A stretch of 64,000 nucleotides of DNA from Minisyncoccota bacterium (GTDB taxonomy: Bacteria > Patescibacteriota > Minisyncoccia > Phycocordibacterales > UBA2135), in contig JBBDJW010000005.1 in assembly GCA_040879685.1 (NCBI GenBank), positions 21,741-85,740 on the forward strand, in the 5' to 3' direction. Position numbers and translations under genes: made by a program. A model generated the notes under the pieces. It worked only from the letters and a program-made list of their open reading frames with translations. It did no database searches and had not been told where the DNA came from. Positions 1 to 10,238 of this stretch are shown here, piece by piece (position 1 is the stretch's first letter; each line of letters begins with the position of its first letter).

Positions 1-1681
1 CTCTTTCGCGATGCTCAACGGTTACCTCATTTTTGGCAAGCTCATCATCTCCAATAACGAGAAAGTAAGGGATTTTTCCCATCTTGGCCTCTCGTATGCG
101 TTTTCCGAGTGTTTCATTCTCATTGAAAAGTTCTACCCGTACACCTTCTCTTGTGAGGGAAGAGCCAATTCTCTCTGCGTATTCCTTGTGTACTTCGCTA
201 ATGGGTAGAACGACGACTTGTACAGGAGAGAGCCAGAGAGGGAATGCTCCTGCAAAATGCTCTATAAGAATTGCAAGAGCGCGCTCGTATGAGCCAAGTA
301 TGGCGCGGTGAATGATAACGGGAGTTTTTTTCTCTCCCTTTCTATCCGTATAAAGAATATTAAATCTTTTTGGAAGTGTGAAATCTATCTGGATTGTTGC
401 AAGTTGCCATTCTCGGCCAAGCGAGTCCTTAAAAATAAAATCTAATTTGGGTCCGTAAATTGCCGCTTCTCCTTCAATTCTTTGCGCATTAAGGTTTAAT
501 TCTTGAGAGACCTCTTCAAGCATTGCCTCAGCATGTTCCCAGTCGGCATCAACCCCCACATAGTTGTCTTTTTTATTCTGGTCACGAACAGAGAGTGATA
601 CCCAATGATTCCCATAAAGACCTAATTCTGAATAAAACTCATCAATTGTTTGTACAATTCGTTTTGCCTCTTCCTTTACCGAAGAAGGCTCTAGAAAGAT
701 ATGCCCATCATCAACGGTGATGGAACGAACGCGTGTAAGTCCGCCAATCTCTCCCGGCTTTTCATCGCGGTACTGCATTGTTGATTCCATATAACGGACA
801 GGGAGATCTTTATAACTGCGTGGCTTAGAGGCATATATTTGAATATGATGAGGGCAATTAACCGGCTTCATAACAAATTCTCCATAGTGACTTACGACTT
901 TTAACAACTCATCGCCAAACTTATCCGCATGTCCGGAGAGTTCATAGAGCTCCCTTTTTGCTATGTGGGGGATGGTTACGCTCTGCATCCCATATTTTTT
1001 ACTAATCGTAGAGAGTTTTTCTTGCAGAAGAGTCCGTAGGAGTGTTCCTTTAGGAGTAAAAAGAGGCAACCCGCTCCCTACAAGTTCTGAAAAAACGAAG
1101 AGGTCAAGCTCACGCCCTAATTTTCTATGGTCGCGCTTTTTTGCCTCTTCCTCATGCGCCTTAAATTCTAGAAGCTCCTCCTTATTTTTAAACGCAATAC
1201 CATAAATACGGGTAAGCATGGCGTTGTTCTCATCTGCACGCCAGTAAGCGCCCGCGATAGAGACAAGTCCGAATCCATCAGGTGCAATTTCATCGGTGCT
1301 CTCTACATGCCCACCGCGACACAAATCAGTAAATGAACCGCTTGTATAAAGAGTAATCTCTTCACCGTTTTCTATAATTTCTTTTATAAGCTCTACCTTA
1401 TAGGGTGCTTCTTTGAAATATTCTTCTGCCTCTTTTTTGCTCACTTCTTTTTTTTTAAAAGAGAGGTTTTTCTTTATGAGTGAGCGCATTTCATCTTCAA
1501 GCATTGCAAGGTCTTCATCTTTAGGGCTTTCTTTTCCTCCAAAATCAAAGTCATAATAAAACCCATTTTCAGTAACGGGACCAATAGCAAGTTTGGCGTG
1601 GGGGTAGTGCTTTAAAACGGCCATTGCCAACACATGTGCAAGTGAGTGGCGAATTTTATAGAGGAGACTTTTTTCTTCCAT
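1..1681 (-). CDS. thrS: threonyl-tRNA synthetase. 3' end (C-terminus) runs off the window start. No N-terminal TGS domain.
   Basis: Reverse-complement translation from ATG at 1681 gives MEEKSLLYKIRHSLAHVLAMAVLKHYPHAKLAIGPVTENGFYYDFDF ... RDHRKLGRELDLF ..., matching the ThrRS N2/catalytic core. No stop before position 1. Confidence 0.85.
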   Translation of the reverse strand, partial: MEEKSLLYKIRHSLAHVLAMAVLKHYPHAKLAIGPVTENGFYYDFDFGGKESPKDEDLAMLEDEMRSLIKKNLSFKKKEVSKKEAEEYFKEAPYKVELIKEIIENGEEITLYTSGSFTDLCRGGHVESTDEIAPDGFGLVSIAGAYWRADENNAMLTRIYGIAFKNKEELLEFKAHEEEAKKRDHRKLGRELDLFVFSELVGSGLPLFTPKGTLLRTLLQEKLSTISKKYGMQSVTIPHIAKRELYELSGHADKFGDELLKVVSHYGEFVMKPVNCPHHIQIYASKPRSYKDLPVRYMESTMQYRDEKPGEIGGLTRVRSITVDDGHIFLEPSSVKEEAKRIVQTIDEFYSELGLYGNHWVSLSVRDQNKKDNYVGVDADWEHAEAMLEEVSQELNLNAQRIEGEAAIYGPKLDFIFKDSLGREWQLATIQIDFTLPKRFNILYTDRKGEKKTPVIIHRAILGSYERALAILIEHFAGAFPLWLSPVQVVVLPISEVHKEYAERIGSSLTREGVRVELFNENETLGKRIREAKMGKIPYFLVIGDDELAKNEVTVEHRER

Positions 1682-1768
1682 ACAATGCTTATAATAGGGT
1701 AATACTAAGGAGTTATCAAGTAAATTATTAAGAGAGAAGAGTTCTCATTGAAGGACTTGAATCTGTTA

Positions 1769-4700
1769 TTACAATTTTTTTATCTTCTCCACCACCAAAG
1801 AAAGTTCCCCATTTCTATGAGAAATTTTACCATTGATTAAAAGCGCCACAGGTTCTTCTAAAAGATCGCGATGGAGTGCATAGGTGCGCGGGAAAATGAC
1901 TGCATCTATCCTATCGTTTATGTCGGCTATTTTTGCAAACGCCATAGGCTCACCCTTTGAGGTAGTAATGGTTCGGATTTCTTCAAAAATACCGGCAACA
2001 GGCGTGGTAATCCCTTCTCTATAGTTACGCAGTCTTCCGATAGAGAGCTTTTTTTGTGCTATTTTTTCTTTATGTGGGTCAAGTGGATGCCCAGAGACAT
2101 AAACTCCCAGTAGTTCTCTTTCCCAAATAAGCTTCTCCTCTAAAGTGAGTTTTTTTGCACCTTTGAGACGAAGCGAGGGGAGTGACTCTTTTTCATTCAT
2201 TAGTGAGAAAAGTGAGCTTTGTGAATCTCCCATTTTTGTTTGTGATTTGCTATAGGAAAGCGCTTCTTCCATATTAGCAAGCATTTCAGCCCTTCCCTCC
2301 AATTTATCCAGTGCGCCACACTTGATGAGTGACTCTAGAGATTTTTTATTAAGGTTGCGATGATGGATTCTTCCAAGAAATTCTTCAAATGAGGTGAATT
2401 TTCCGTTTTTTCCCCGCTCTTCAATAAGAGCATCAGCTATCTCACGACCGAAATTCTTGATTGAGTAGAGTCCAAAGCGAATCTGGTCACCTAAAGAGAC
2501 TTCTTTTTTTGAAGCGGAGTCCGGTGACTTTGAAGGAAGTCCAGGCTTGCTGGCTTTAATAACAGTAAAGTCTCCAAAACTCTCATTGACATCAGGTGGG
2601 AGGACAGGGATTCCTATACGAATACATTCCACAATAAGCTCGGAAATTTTCTGTGTATCGCCCGCATCGGCCGTAAGAACAGAAGCCATATATTCTGTCG
2701 GATAGTGCGTCTTCATATATGCAGTTTGGTAAGCAACCTTACCATAACTTGCGGCGTGGGCCTTGTTGAAACCGTATCCCTGAAATGGTTCAAAGAGGCT
2801 CCAGAGATGCTCGGCGTCTTTCTCACTCATCCCGCTATATTTTTGACACTTTTCAACAAAAAGAATATGTTGTTTTGCCATTTCTTCAGGATTTTTTTTA
2901 CCAACAGCCTTTCTAAATTTATCTACTTCTCCCCAACTATATCCGGCAACTTTGATTGCACTCATAAGAAGGTCATCTTGATACACAAGTACGCCATGAG
3001 TGGTACTAAGAAACTCTTCCATTTTAGGGTGGGCGTACGTCGTCTCCTTTTGGGCATTTTTTCGTGCGATATATTCGTTTATGTTTTCCATTGGTCCAGG
3101 GCGATAGAGTGCGACCATAAGGTTGATGTCATGGATAGAGGTTGGCTTGAGTTCTTTTAAATAACGGGTCATACCTTGGCCGTTTAATTGAAAAAGAGCC
3201 AGCGTTTCTCCTCGTGTGAGTAGCTCAAATGTTTCCTTATCATCCATAGGTATTTTTTCGACATCAATATCCTTGCCGTAATTCTCTCTAACGCGTACGC
3301 GCGTATTAGAGAGAATGGTGAGGTTTTTAATGCCAAGAAAATCAAATTTCAGAAGCCCCATATCTTCAACGGAGTGCATGTCATACTGCGTTATAATCCG
3401 CTCTCCTTGCGGGTCATATTGAAGGGGAACAAATTCAGAAAGAGGTCGAGAAGAGATAACAACACCGGCCGCGTGAACGCTAATGTGCCGGACGGTCCCT
3501 TCAAGTTTTTTTGCCAAGTCAATAATCTCTCGTGCATCATCCTCTTGTTTATATATTTTTTCAAGTTCGGGGATCGTTGCGAGCGCACGGTCTATGGTCA
3601 TGGGAAAGCCTTGTAAACCAAAAGGGATGAGTTTTGAGATACGATCACCTGTTGCATAGGGGTAGCCAAGGGAGCGCGCAACATCGCGCACTGCTCCGCG
3701 CGCCATCATGGTCCCGAAGGTGCCAATCTGAGCAACCTTATCTTCCCCATATTTATGCCGTGCGTACGCGATTACTTCATCACGCCTGTCATCAGCAAAA
3801 TCCATATCAACATCCGGGGCCGAAGGACGCTCGGGGTTTAAGAATCGTTCAAAGGGGAGTTTGAAGTAGAGCGGATCAACATTGGTAATGCCGGTGAGAT
3901 AAGAAACAAGAGAACCGGCGGCACTGCCGCGCGTTGTTGTTAAAATGCTTCGCTTTTGCGCAAAGTGGAGAAGGTCCCCTACGACAAGGAAGTAGGGTGA
4001 GTACCCTTTTGACTTGATAACATTAAGTTCATATTCAATTCTCTCACGTACTTCCTTCGTCTCCTTCATATTTTTCTTTTTGAGACCTTCATAGGTAAGG
4101 CGTTTAAGCTCCGAGTCGTAACTTGTCCCCTTTGGAATTTCATAGTTAGGAAAGTTCCAATCACCCATTGAGAGCGAAAGTGTGCACATCTCTGCAATTT
4201 TTTCTGTATTTTCTACTGCCTCGGGAATATCAGCAAAATATTCCTTAGCTGTTTTGGTATCAATAAAAGAAAAGCTGTCTCCCGAGAGCGAAAGACGGCG
4301 TGCATCATCAAGGTCGGTGTTTTGTTGAATTGCAAGAAGTGTCTCATGGGCTCGCGCATCTTCATCATGCAAATAATGCGAATCTTGAGTTCCCACAAGG
4401 GGAAGGTTATGTTTTCGAGCAAGGTCAATGGTCGCTGCACGTACTTCAAGGAGTCCCTCAATATTGGGGTGGTGCATTATTTCAAGAAAGTAACGGTCTT
4501 TACCAAAGATGTCTTTATATTCAGCAATCACTTCTTCAGCACATTCCATATTTTTATTCTCAAGAGCACGTGAGAGTTCGCTTGCCATACAGCCAGAGAG
4601 ACACACGAGTCCTTCGGAGTGCTGGCGCAAGAGCTCTTTATCAATTCGTGGCTTGTAGTAAAATCCTTCCAAATGAGAAAGTGAGACGAGCTTCACAAGA

Positions 4701-5002
4701 TTACTATAGCCTTTCTCGTTTTGCGCAAGAAGGGTGAGATGGTAGCGCCGATTATCAATGCCCGCTCGTTTTTCATACATACTCCCTTGTGCAATGTACG
4801 CTTCAAGACCAATAATGGGTTTGATGCCCTCTGTTTTGCATTTTTTATAAAATTCAATCGCTCCATAGAGCACGCCATGATCGGTAAGAGCGAGCGCGGG
4901 CATTTCATATTTTTTTGCTAAGTCAACCATCGGTCCCACCTTGGAGAGGCCATCCAAAAGAGAGTAGTGTGAATGAGTGTGTAAATGGATGAAGGAAGAC
5001 AT
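1769..5002 (-). CDS. dnaE: DNA polymerase III alpha subunit
   Basis: 1077 aa. N-terminal PHP domain HLHTHSHYSLLDG, and polymerase core motifs. Confidence 0.93.
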   Translation of the reverse strand: MSSFIHLHTHSHYSLLDGLSKVGPMVDLAKKYEMPALALTDHGVLYGAIEFYKKCKTEGIKPIIGLEAYIAQGSMYEKRAGIDNRRYHLTLLAQNEKGYSNLVKLVSLSHLEGFYYKPRIDKELLRQHSEGLVCLSGCMASELSRALENKNMECAEEVIAEYKDIFGKDRYFLEIMHHPNIEGLLEVRAATIDLARKHNLPLVGTQDSHYLHDEDARAHETLLAIQQNTDLDDARRLSLSGDSFSFIDTKTAKEYFADIPEAVENTEKIAEMCTLSLSMGDWNFPNYEIPKGTSYDSELKRLTYEGLKKKNMKETKEVRERIEYELNVIKSKGYSPYFLVVGDLLHFAQKRSILTTTRGSAAGSLVSYLTGITNVDPLYFKLPFERFLNPERPSAPDVDMDFADDRRDEVIAYARHKYGEDKVAQIGTFGTMMARGAVRDVARSLGYPYATGDRISKLIPFGLQGFPMTIDRALATIPELEKIYKQEDDAREIIDLAKKLEGTVRHISVHAAGVVISSRPLSEFVPLQYDPQGERIITQYDMHSVEDMGLLKFDFLGIKNLTILSNTRVRVRENYGKDIDVEKIPMDDKETFELLTRGETLALFQLNGQGMTRYLKELKPTSIHDINLMVALYRPGPMENINEYIARKNAQKETTYAHPKMEEFLSTTHGVLVYQDDLLMSAIKVAGYSWGEVDKFRKAVGKKNPEEMAKQHILFVEKCQKYSGMSEKDAEHLWSLFEPFQGYGFNKAHAASYGKVAYQTAYMKTHYPTEYMASVLTADAGDTQKISELIVECIRIGIPVLPPDVNESFGDFTVIKASKPGLPSKSPDSASKKEVSLGDQIRFGLYSIKNFGREIADALIEERGKNGKFTSFEEFLGRIHHRNLNKKSLESLIKCGALDKLEGRAEMLANMEEALSYSKSQTKMGDSQSSLFSLMNEKESLPSLRLKGAKKLTLEEKLIWERELLGVYVSGHPLDPHKEKIAQKKLSIGRLRNYREGITTPVAGIFEEIRTITTSKGEPMAFAKIADINDRIDAVIFPRTYALHRDLLEEPVALLINGKISHRNGELSLVVEKIKKL

Positions 5003-5039
5003 GGTATGCTAATAGTTATCAGTATAGCACACACTTTCT

Positions 5040-5660
5040 ATGGTAAGGACGAAGGCGTACAAGTATATAATTGGTGCCGATGAGGCAGGACGCGGACCCT
5101 TGGCAGGGCCTGTGGCTGTTGCTTGTGTAAAAATGGTAGCTTCCTTATATGATGAGGAGGCGCTTTTTTCTCGCTTTGCATATCTGAATGATTCAAAGAA
5201 AGTAACACCAAAACGACGTGAGGTGCTCTATGAAGAAATAAAGAAGGCCCAGAAAGAAAAAATACTTTCAGTAGCTCTCTTTTTTACTTCAAACAAAGAA
5301 ATAGATAAAAGAGGTATTATGAAGGCGACCCACGCCGCACTTCACCGAGGGCTCTTCAAATGCACGAATAATCCGGAGGACGCCCACGTATTACTTGATG
5401 GAACGCTTACGGCCCCCGATGTGTTTGTAAGACAAAAAACAATTATTCATGGAGACGAGAAAGAACCCTTAATCATGCTCGCTTCAATTGTTGCTAAAGT
5501 TTCTCGCGATAGGGCAATGTTTGCCTTGGCACAGGAGTACCCGCACTATGGTTTTGAGAAGCATAAGGGATACGGGACAAAAGAGCACACGCGTGCACTT
5601 TACCGTTACGGTCCTTGTCCAGCACATCGTATAAGTTTTCTCTCTCGGATTTTAAAATAA
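5040..5660 (+). CDS. rnhB: ribonuclease HII
   Basis: YIIGADEAGRGPLAGPV motif. 206 aa. Confidence 0.9.
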   Translation: MVRTKAYKYIIGADEAGRGPLAGPVAVACVKMVASLYDEEALFSRFAYLNDSKKVTPKRREVLYEEIKKAQKEKILSVALFFTSNKEIDKRGIMKATHAALHRGLFKCTNNPEDAHVLLDGTLTAPDVFVRQKTIIHGDEKEPLIMLASIVAKVSRDRAMFALAQEYPHYGFEKHKGYGTKEHTRALYRYGPCPAHRISFLSRILK

Positions 5661-5897
5661 AAATAGTCCTTTGATATTCTTTGTAGAGTGTTTTTTATAA
5701 CCATAGAGCGCCCACCAGCTATTTCAAGGCTCTCTTAGAAAGTTTGTCTGGGAAGAGATTGAAGCCAACCCTCCTTCTCGGTGGAAACTAAAACGAAGAT
5801 GATGTATCGCGGGCTAGGTATCTGGAGGCTTTTTCTTTTAAATTTAAACGGCCTAAACCATTGCTTTTTTGAGGACTTTATGTAATACTAGGCAATT

Positions 5898-6104
5898 ATG
5901 TCAGTACGAATGAGGCATACGAGAGGCCACACAAAAAACAGGCGCTCTCACCATTTCTTAAAAGAACCGTGTCTTGCCACGTGCGGAAAGTGCGGAGAAA
6001 AGCACCTCTATCACAGAGCGTGTCTTTCTTGTGGTACCTACAAAGGTAAAGAAGTTCGTGTTTCTGCAAAGACTCGTACGAAGAAAGATGAGAAGAAGGC
6101 ATAA
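5898..6104 (+). CDS. rpmF: 50S ribosomal protein L32
   Basis: 68 aa, MSVRMRHTRGHTKNRRSHH...C..CG..HL.HRAC..CG.YKG zinc ribbon. Confidence 0.85.
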   Translation: MSVRMRHTRGHTKNRRSHHFLKEPCLATCGKCGEKHLYHRACLSCGTYKGKEVRVSAKTRTKKDEKKA

Positions 6105-6156
6105 TTTTCTTCTGTCACATTTATTGTTGAAGGGAAGAGGGAGTGCGCTTTTATAT

Positions 6157-7092
6157 ATGGCGAATAGGCACCTTTCAAGAAGTATTGTAATGCAGACCCT
6201 CTTTGAGTGGGATTTTATGCACTATGATACGACAAAAGCACAAGAAATCCTTGAGCGTAATGCTAAGGAGTTTGCTCCCGGATTGCCTCAAGAGGCACGT
6301 GCGGGAGATTTTTCATTTACAAAGAAACTTCTTGAAGGAATTCTTAAAAAACAAAAAACACTAGACTCTCTCATTGAGAAAGCAGCACCTGAATGGCCTC
6401 TTTCTAAAGTATCTATTGTTGACCGCAACGTACTTCGTATAGGTCTCTACGAACTTCTCTTTGGAGTGAAGGGAGAGGTACCTCCTAAGGTGGCAATTAA
6501 CGAAGCAATTGAACTTGCAAAAACGTTTAGCGGGCTCAATAGCGGAAAGTTTATTAATGGAGTGCTCGGTAGCGTCTATCGTGAGTTAGGTGAACCAGGA
6601 AAAAACGACAAGCCAGTAAAAAAGAACCACAACATTGACCCAGCGAAAATGCCTATTTATAAAAAGGGCGGGGCGGTTATCTACAGTATTCATGAAGGAG
6701 TTGTGCATCTCGCCCTTGTCCACGATATCTTTGGCCGTTGGACATTATCAAAAGGAGGGATTGAAACCATGGGTGACCAAAAGGAATTGACAGTAAAAAA
6801 AATTAAAGAGGAAATCGGTATTACTATTACAATAGAAGATACACTCGGAGAGAATGAATACATCGCCTCTGATCCTCAGGAAGGCAAGGTTCGCAAACAA
6901 GTAACCTACTATCTTGCGAGCGCCTCTTATCAAACGCTTACGCTTGGTGAGACCGGGGGACTTGATGATGTAAGATGGTTTCCACTTGCTGAAGTGCCAT
7001 CGTTGAGGATGTATGATGATATTTTGCCGATTTTAACAAAAGGCATTGAGAAGATAACAAAAAAGAAAAACCGTTCAGAAGAAAAAAAATAA
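6157..7092 (+). CDS. nusB: NusB antitermination factor fused to a C-terminal Nudix-fold-like domain with a degenerate Nudix box
   Basis: ATG at 6157 preceded by GGGAAGAGGGAG. The N-terminal 145 aa match NusB: [30 protein letters not shown] versus E. coli [29 protein letters not shown]. The C-terminal 165 aa look like a Nudix fold: [30 protein letters not shown] and [13 protein letters not shown]. The frame is continuous. The ORF-track start at 5974 overlaps rpmF and is rejected. Confidence 0.75.
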   Translation: [311 protein letters not shown]

Positions 7093-7094
7093 TC

Positions 7095-7787
7095 ATGAAA
7101 GACTTTTCAGAATTTGAATCCATTTCCGCTGTTTCATTTAAAAACAAAGACCTCCTGAAGCAGGCCTTTCTTCATCGTTCATATTTAAATGAGCATCCTG
7201 AAGAAACATTAGGTAACAATGAACGCCTTGAATTCCTTGGAGACGCCGTTTTAGAGCTTGTAGTAACAGGGTATCTCTTTAACCGGTTTCCAGAGAAGCC
7301 AGAGGGGGAGCTTACCGCTTATCGTGCAGCGCTTGTTAATACACAAAGTATCTCAGAGGCCGCACGACGATTGTCTATGAACAACTTCCTTCTTCTTTCA
7401 AAAGGTGAGGCACGTGACACAGGAAAGGCACGAGACTATATTCTTGCAAACACCTTTGAATCGGTCATTGGCGCCATATATCTTGATTGCGGGTATGAAG
7501 AAGCGTATGAATTTATTAAAAACAATCTTTTTCCACAACTTGATGAAATTTTAGAAAATGGCTCATGGCAAGATGCGAAAAGTAAATTTCAAGAACGTGC
7601 ACAAGAGCACGAGGGAATTACGCCTGTCTATAACCTCCTTGAAGAAAATGGTCCCGATCATGCAAAGAATTTTATTGTCGGTGTATATTTGGGAGATGTA
7701 CTGAGAGGAGAGGGAGGCGGGGGGTCAAAACAACAAGCCGAGCAGGAGGCGGCGCTTGATGCGCTTAAAAAAAGCGGTTGGGAGTAA
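7095..7787 (+). CDS. rnc: ribonuclease III
   Basis: ERLEFLGDAVLELVVTGYLF signature. C-terminal dsRBD. Confidence 0.9.
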   Translation: MKDFSEFESISAVSFKNKDLLKQAFLHRSYLNEHPEETLGNNERLEFLGDAVLELVVTGYLFNRFPEKPEGELTAYRAALVNTQSISEAARRLSMNNFLLLSKGEARDTGKARDYILANTFESVIGAIYLDCGYEEAYEFIKNNLFPQLDEILENGSWQDAKSKFQERAQEHEGITPVYNLLEENGPDHAKNFIVGVYLGDVLRGEGGGGSKQQAEQEAALDALKKSGWE

Positions 7788-7804
7788 GCGAAACGTATAC
7801 ATGT

Positions 7805-10111
7805 ATGTACTTGAAGAGACTTCATCTTTCTGGTTTTAAATCATTTGCTCGGGATACTGAGCTTTCATTTACTACTCCTATAACAGCAATTGTTGGACCA
7901 AATGGTTCAGGGAAGTCAAACATTGCAGAAGCGATTCGTTTTGTACTCGGTGAACAGAGTATGAAATCCTTACGCTCAAAACGAGGTGAAGACCTTATCT
8001 TCAACGGTTCAAAAACGCTCTCCCGCGCAAGCAAGGCTAGTGTTGCAATTTCATTTGATAACACAAAAAAAACTTTTCCACTTGATTATGACGAGGTGGA
8101 GCTAAAACGAGTTGTGTATCGTGATACCACCAATCAATATTTTTTAAATGGAAAACGGGTACGATTGAAAGATATTATTGAAACACTCTCGGCGATTCAT
8201 ATTGGTGCGTCAAGTCATCACATTATCTCGCAAGGAGAGGCAGACAGAATTTTAAATGCCTCCATCAAAGAGCGAAGAGTAATGATTGAAGATGCACTTG
8301 GGTTGCGTATTTATCAATATAAAAAAGCAGAAAGCGAACGAAAACTAGCAAAAACAAAAGAAAACATAAACCACGTTGAGGCACTCAACAAAGAAATTAC
8401 TCCGCACCTCAAATTCTTAGAGAAACAAGTAAAGAAAATAGAAGAAGCAGAAGTTTTAAAAAAGGCTCTTATAGAGCTTTATAAGGAATATTTTGCTCTT
8501 GAAGAAGGATACCTAACACATCACCGTCTGCTTCTTGGCAAAAAGCGACATCTTCCTGAGGTGGAGCTTAGGGAGGTAGAGACACAAATAAAAGAGAGCG
8601 AGGAGGGCCTCTTGGTGCTTGAAGGAGGGGAGGTTAAGAGCCAAAAGAGAATTGACCTTGAGGAGAAACTTTCTAAAATTGCCAAAGAAAAAGATGAGCA
8701 CTCCCGCCGCCTCGGGCGTCTTGAGGGAATGCTTCTCTATGAAGAGAAAAGGAAGAAAAGGGCACAAAAAGAACCACGGGGAGAGAGAATAGAGATAAGC
8801 GCTTTCCACTTGCGAGATTTTATTGGTAAGCTCAAAAATCTTATTAAGGAGGGAGAAGGGCTTAGAGACAGTGCTTCTTTGTCGGGGCTTTGGGAGAGAA
8901 TGAAAAACACCGCAGAGGCATTTTATCAGCAGTATGAAATTGTTGCCCTCTCTGAAGAAAAACAAGAAGAGACTAAAATTGATGAAGAGGCTTTGTCACA
9001 CCAAGAGAATGAGGAAGATACCTATGAGCACCTTGTGTCGCAAAAGCGGTTACTTGAAGAAAAAGAACGAACACTGACTTCCGAGGAGAGGGATCTGCAA
9101 GAGAAACGAGAGAAACTTACACACACTATTGAAAAAGAAAGGGTGGAGGAGCGGGCAATTGAACAAAAATTATTTTCTCTACGAACACGAAAAACAGAGC
9201 TTCTTTCAGAAATTGAAATGGTGGGGGTCCATGAAGAGAGGCTCACTGAAGAAGAGAGGCGTTTTAACGTGGAGAGAACGGAAGCTGGGCATCTTCTCGG
9301 CCTTTCCTCTCTTCGTTATGAAAAGAAAACTTTCTCTGAATCAGTTGATAAAGAGGCGTTACGTATCTCACAGGAAGAAAAAAGAAGAAAGGCGGAGAGA
9401 ATGAAGGTTAAAATAGAAGACCTTGTTGGGGGCGGGGGAGACGAGCTCCTTGCTGAATATGAGGAGGTAAAAGAGCGGGCAGAATATTTAGAGAAAGAGC
9501 TTGTTGACTTGAGAAAGAGTACGGGAGCGCTTCTAGAACTTATTGGTGAGCTTGGAGAAAAAATTGACAAGGAATTTAAGGAAGGCGTTTTAAAAATAAA
9601 CAAAGAGTTTGGAAAGCTCTTTGAGACTATGTTTAGCGGGGGTGTTGCTAAAGTCGCATTAATTTCTCCGCCATCAAAACGAATAAAAAGAGATACAGAA
9701 GTTGAAGACGAATTTATAGAGGGGGGAGAGGAATTTGAAGAAGAACAAGAGGAAGGTATTGATATTGAAGTTTCCCTTCCTCATAAACGCCTTAAAGGAC
9801 TCCATATGCTCTCAGGAGGAGAAAGAACACTTACCTCTATTGCGCTCATCTTTGCACTCTCTTTGGTCAATCCGCCACCATTTTTAGTACTTGATGAGAC
9901 AGACGCTGCTCTTGACGAGGCAAATTCAAGAAAATATGGAGAGGTGGTTAAGGAACTCTCAAAAAAGACGCAATTTATTATCATCACTCATAATCGTGAG
10001 ACAATGAATACCGCGCATGTACTCTATGGCGTCACCTCAACTTTCGATGCGGTGTCTAGAATTCTTTCTCTTAAATTTGATGAGGCCGAGGAGTTGGCAC
10101 AAAGTGTGTGA
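7805..10111 (+). CDS. smc: SMC-family chromosome segregation ATPase, short form. Head domains and coiled coil are present; no hinge is recognisable.
   Basis: N-terminus LSGFKSF...IVGPNGSGKSNIAEAIRFVLGE. C-terminus LSGGERTLTSIALIFAL...LVLDETDAALDEAN. The 770 aa between are all charged heptad-like sequence. The in-frame ATG at 7805 is preferred over the TTG at 7778, which overlaps the rnc stop. Confidence 0.8.
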   Translation: MYLKRLHLSGFKSFARDTELSFTTPITAIVGPNGSGKSNIAEAIRFVLGEQSMKSLRSKRGEDLIFNGSKTLSRASKASVAISFDNTKKTFPLDYDEVELKRVVYRDTTNQYFLNGKRVRLKDIIETLSAIHIGASSHHIISQGEADRILNASIKERRVMIEDALGLRIYQYKKAESERKLAKTKENINHVEALNKEITPHLKFLEKQVKKIEEAEVLKKALIELYKEYFALEEGYLTHHRLLLGKKRHLPEVELREVETQIKESEEGLLVLEGGEVKSQKRIDLEEKLSKIAKEKDEHSRRLGRLEGMLLYEEKRKKRAQKEPRGERIEISAFHLRDFIGKLKNLIKEGEGLRDSASLSGLWERMKNTAEAFYQQYEIVALSEEKQEETKIDEEALSHQENEEDTYEHLVSQKRLLEEKERTLTSEERDLQEKREKLTHTIEKERVEERAIEQKLFSLRTRKTELLSEIEMVGVHEERLTEEERRFNVERTEAGHLLGLSSLRYEKKTFSESVDKEALRISQEEKRRKAERMKVKIEDLVGGGGDELLAEYEEVKERAEYLEKELVDLRKSTGALLELIGELGEKIDKEFKEGVLKINKEFGKLFETMFSGGVAKVALISPPSKRIKRDTEVEDEFIEGGEEFEEEQEEGIDIEVSLPHKRLKGLHMLSGGERTLTSIALIFALSLVNPPPFLVLDETDAALDEANSRKYGEVVKELSKKTQFIIITHNRETMNTAHVLYGVTSTFDAVSRILSLKFDEAEELAQSV

Positions 10112-10238
10112 GCATGTAGTTTTTAGGTGATCAGTGCCTAAGAGTCTGAGAGAGGGGTAAGAATTATTAAAATCTAAAATTCAAATACTCCAGCACCCTA
10201 AGCTTCTCTTCGCAAAGCCAAGGATTGCAAGCTCTCTG

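Noticed and set aside
2705-3160. 151-aa plus-strand ORF inside dnaE, and the many similar ORFs of 60-180 aa embedded antisense in long genes (e.g. 14043-14594, 8513-8965, 35603-36130, 39660-40082)
   Set aside because: They are fully contained within confidently identified genes on the other strand. They show no homology signal and have biased amino-acid composition.
5974-6156. Upstream extension of the nusB ORF in the track (start 5974), overlapping rpmF
   Set aside because: It overlaps the L32 gene in another frame. A good ATG with a purine-rich ribosome-binding site at 6157 starts exactly at the conserved NusB N-terminus.
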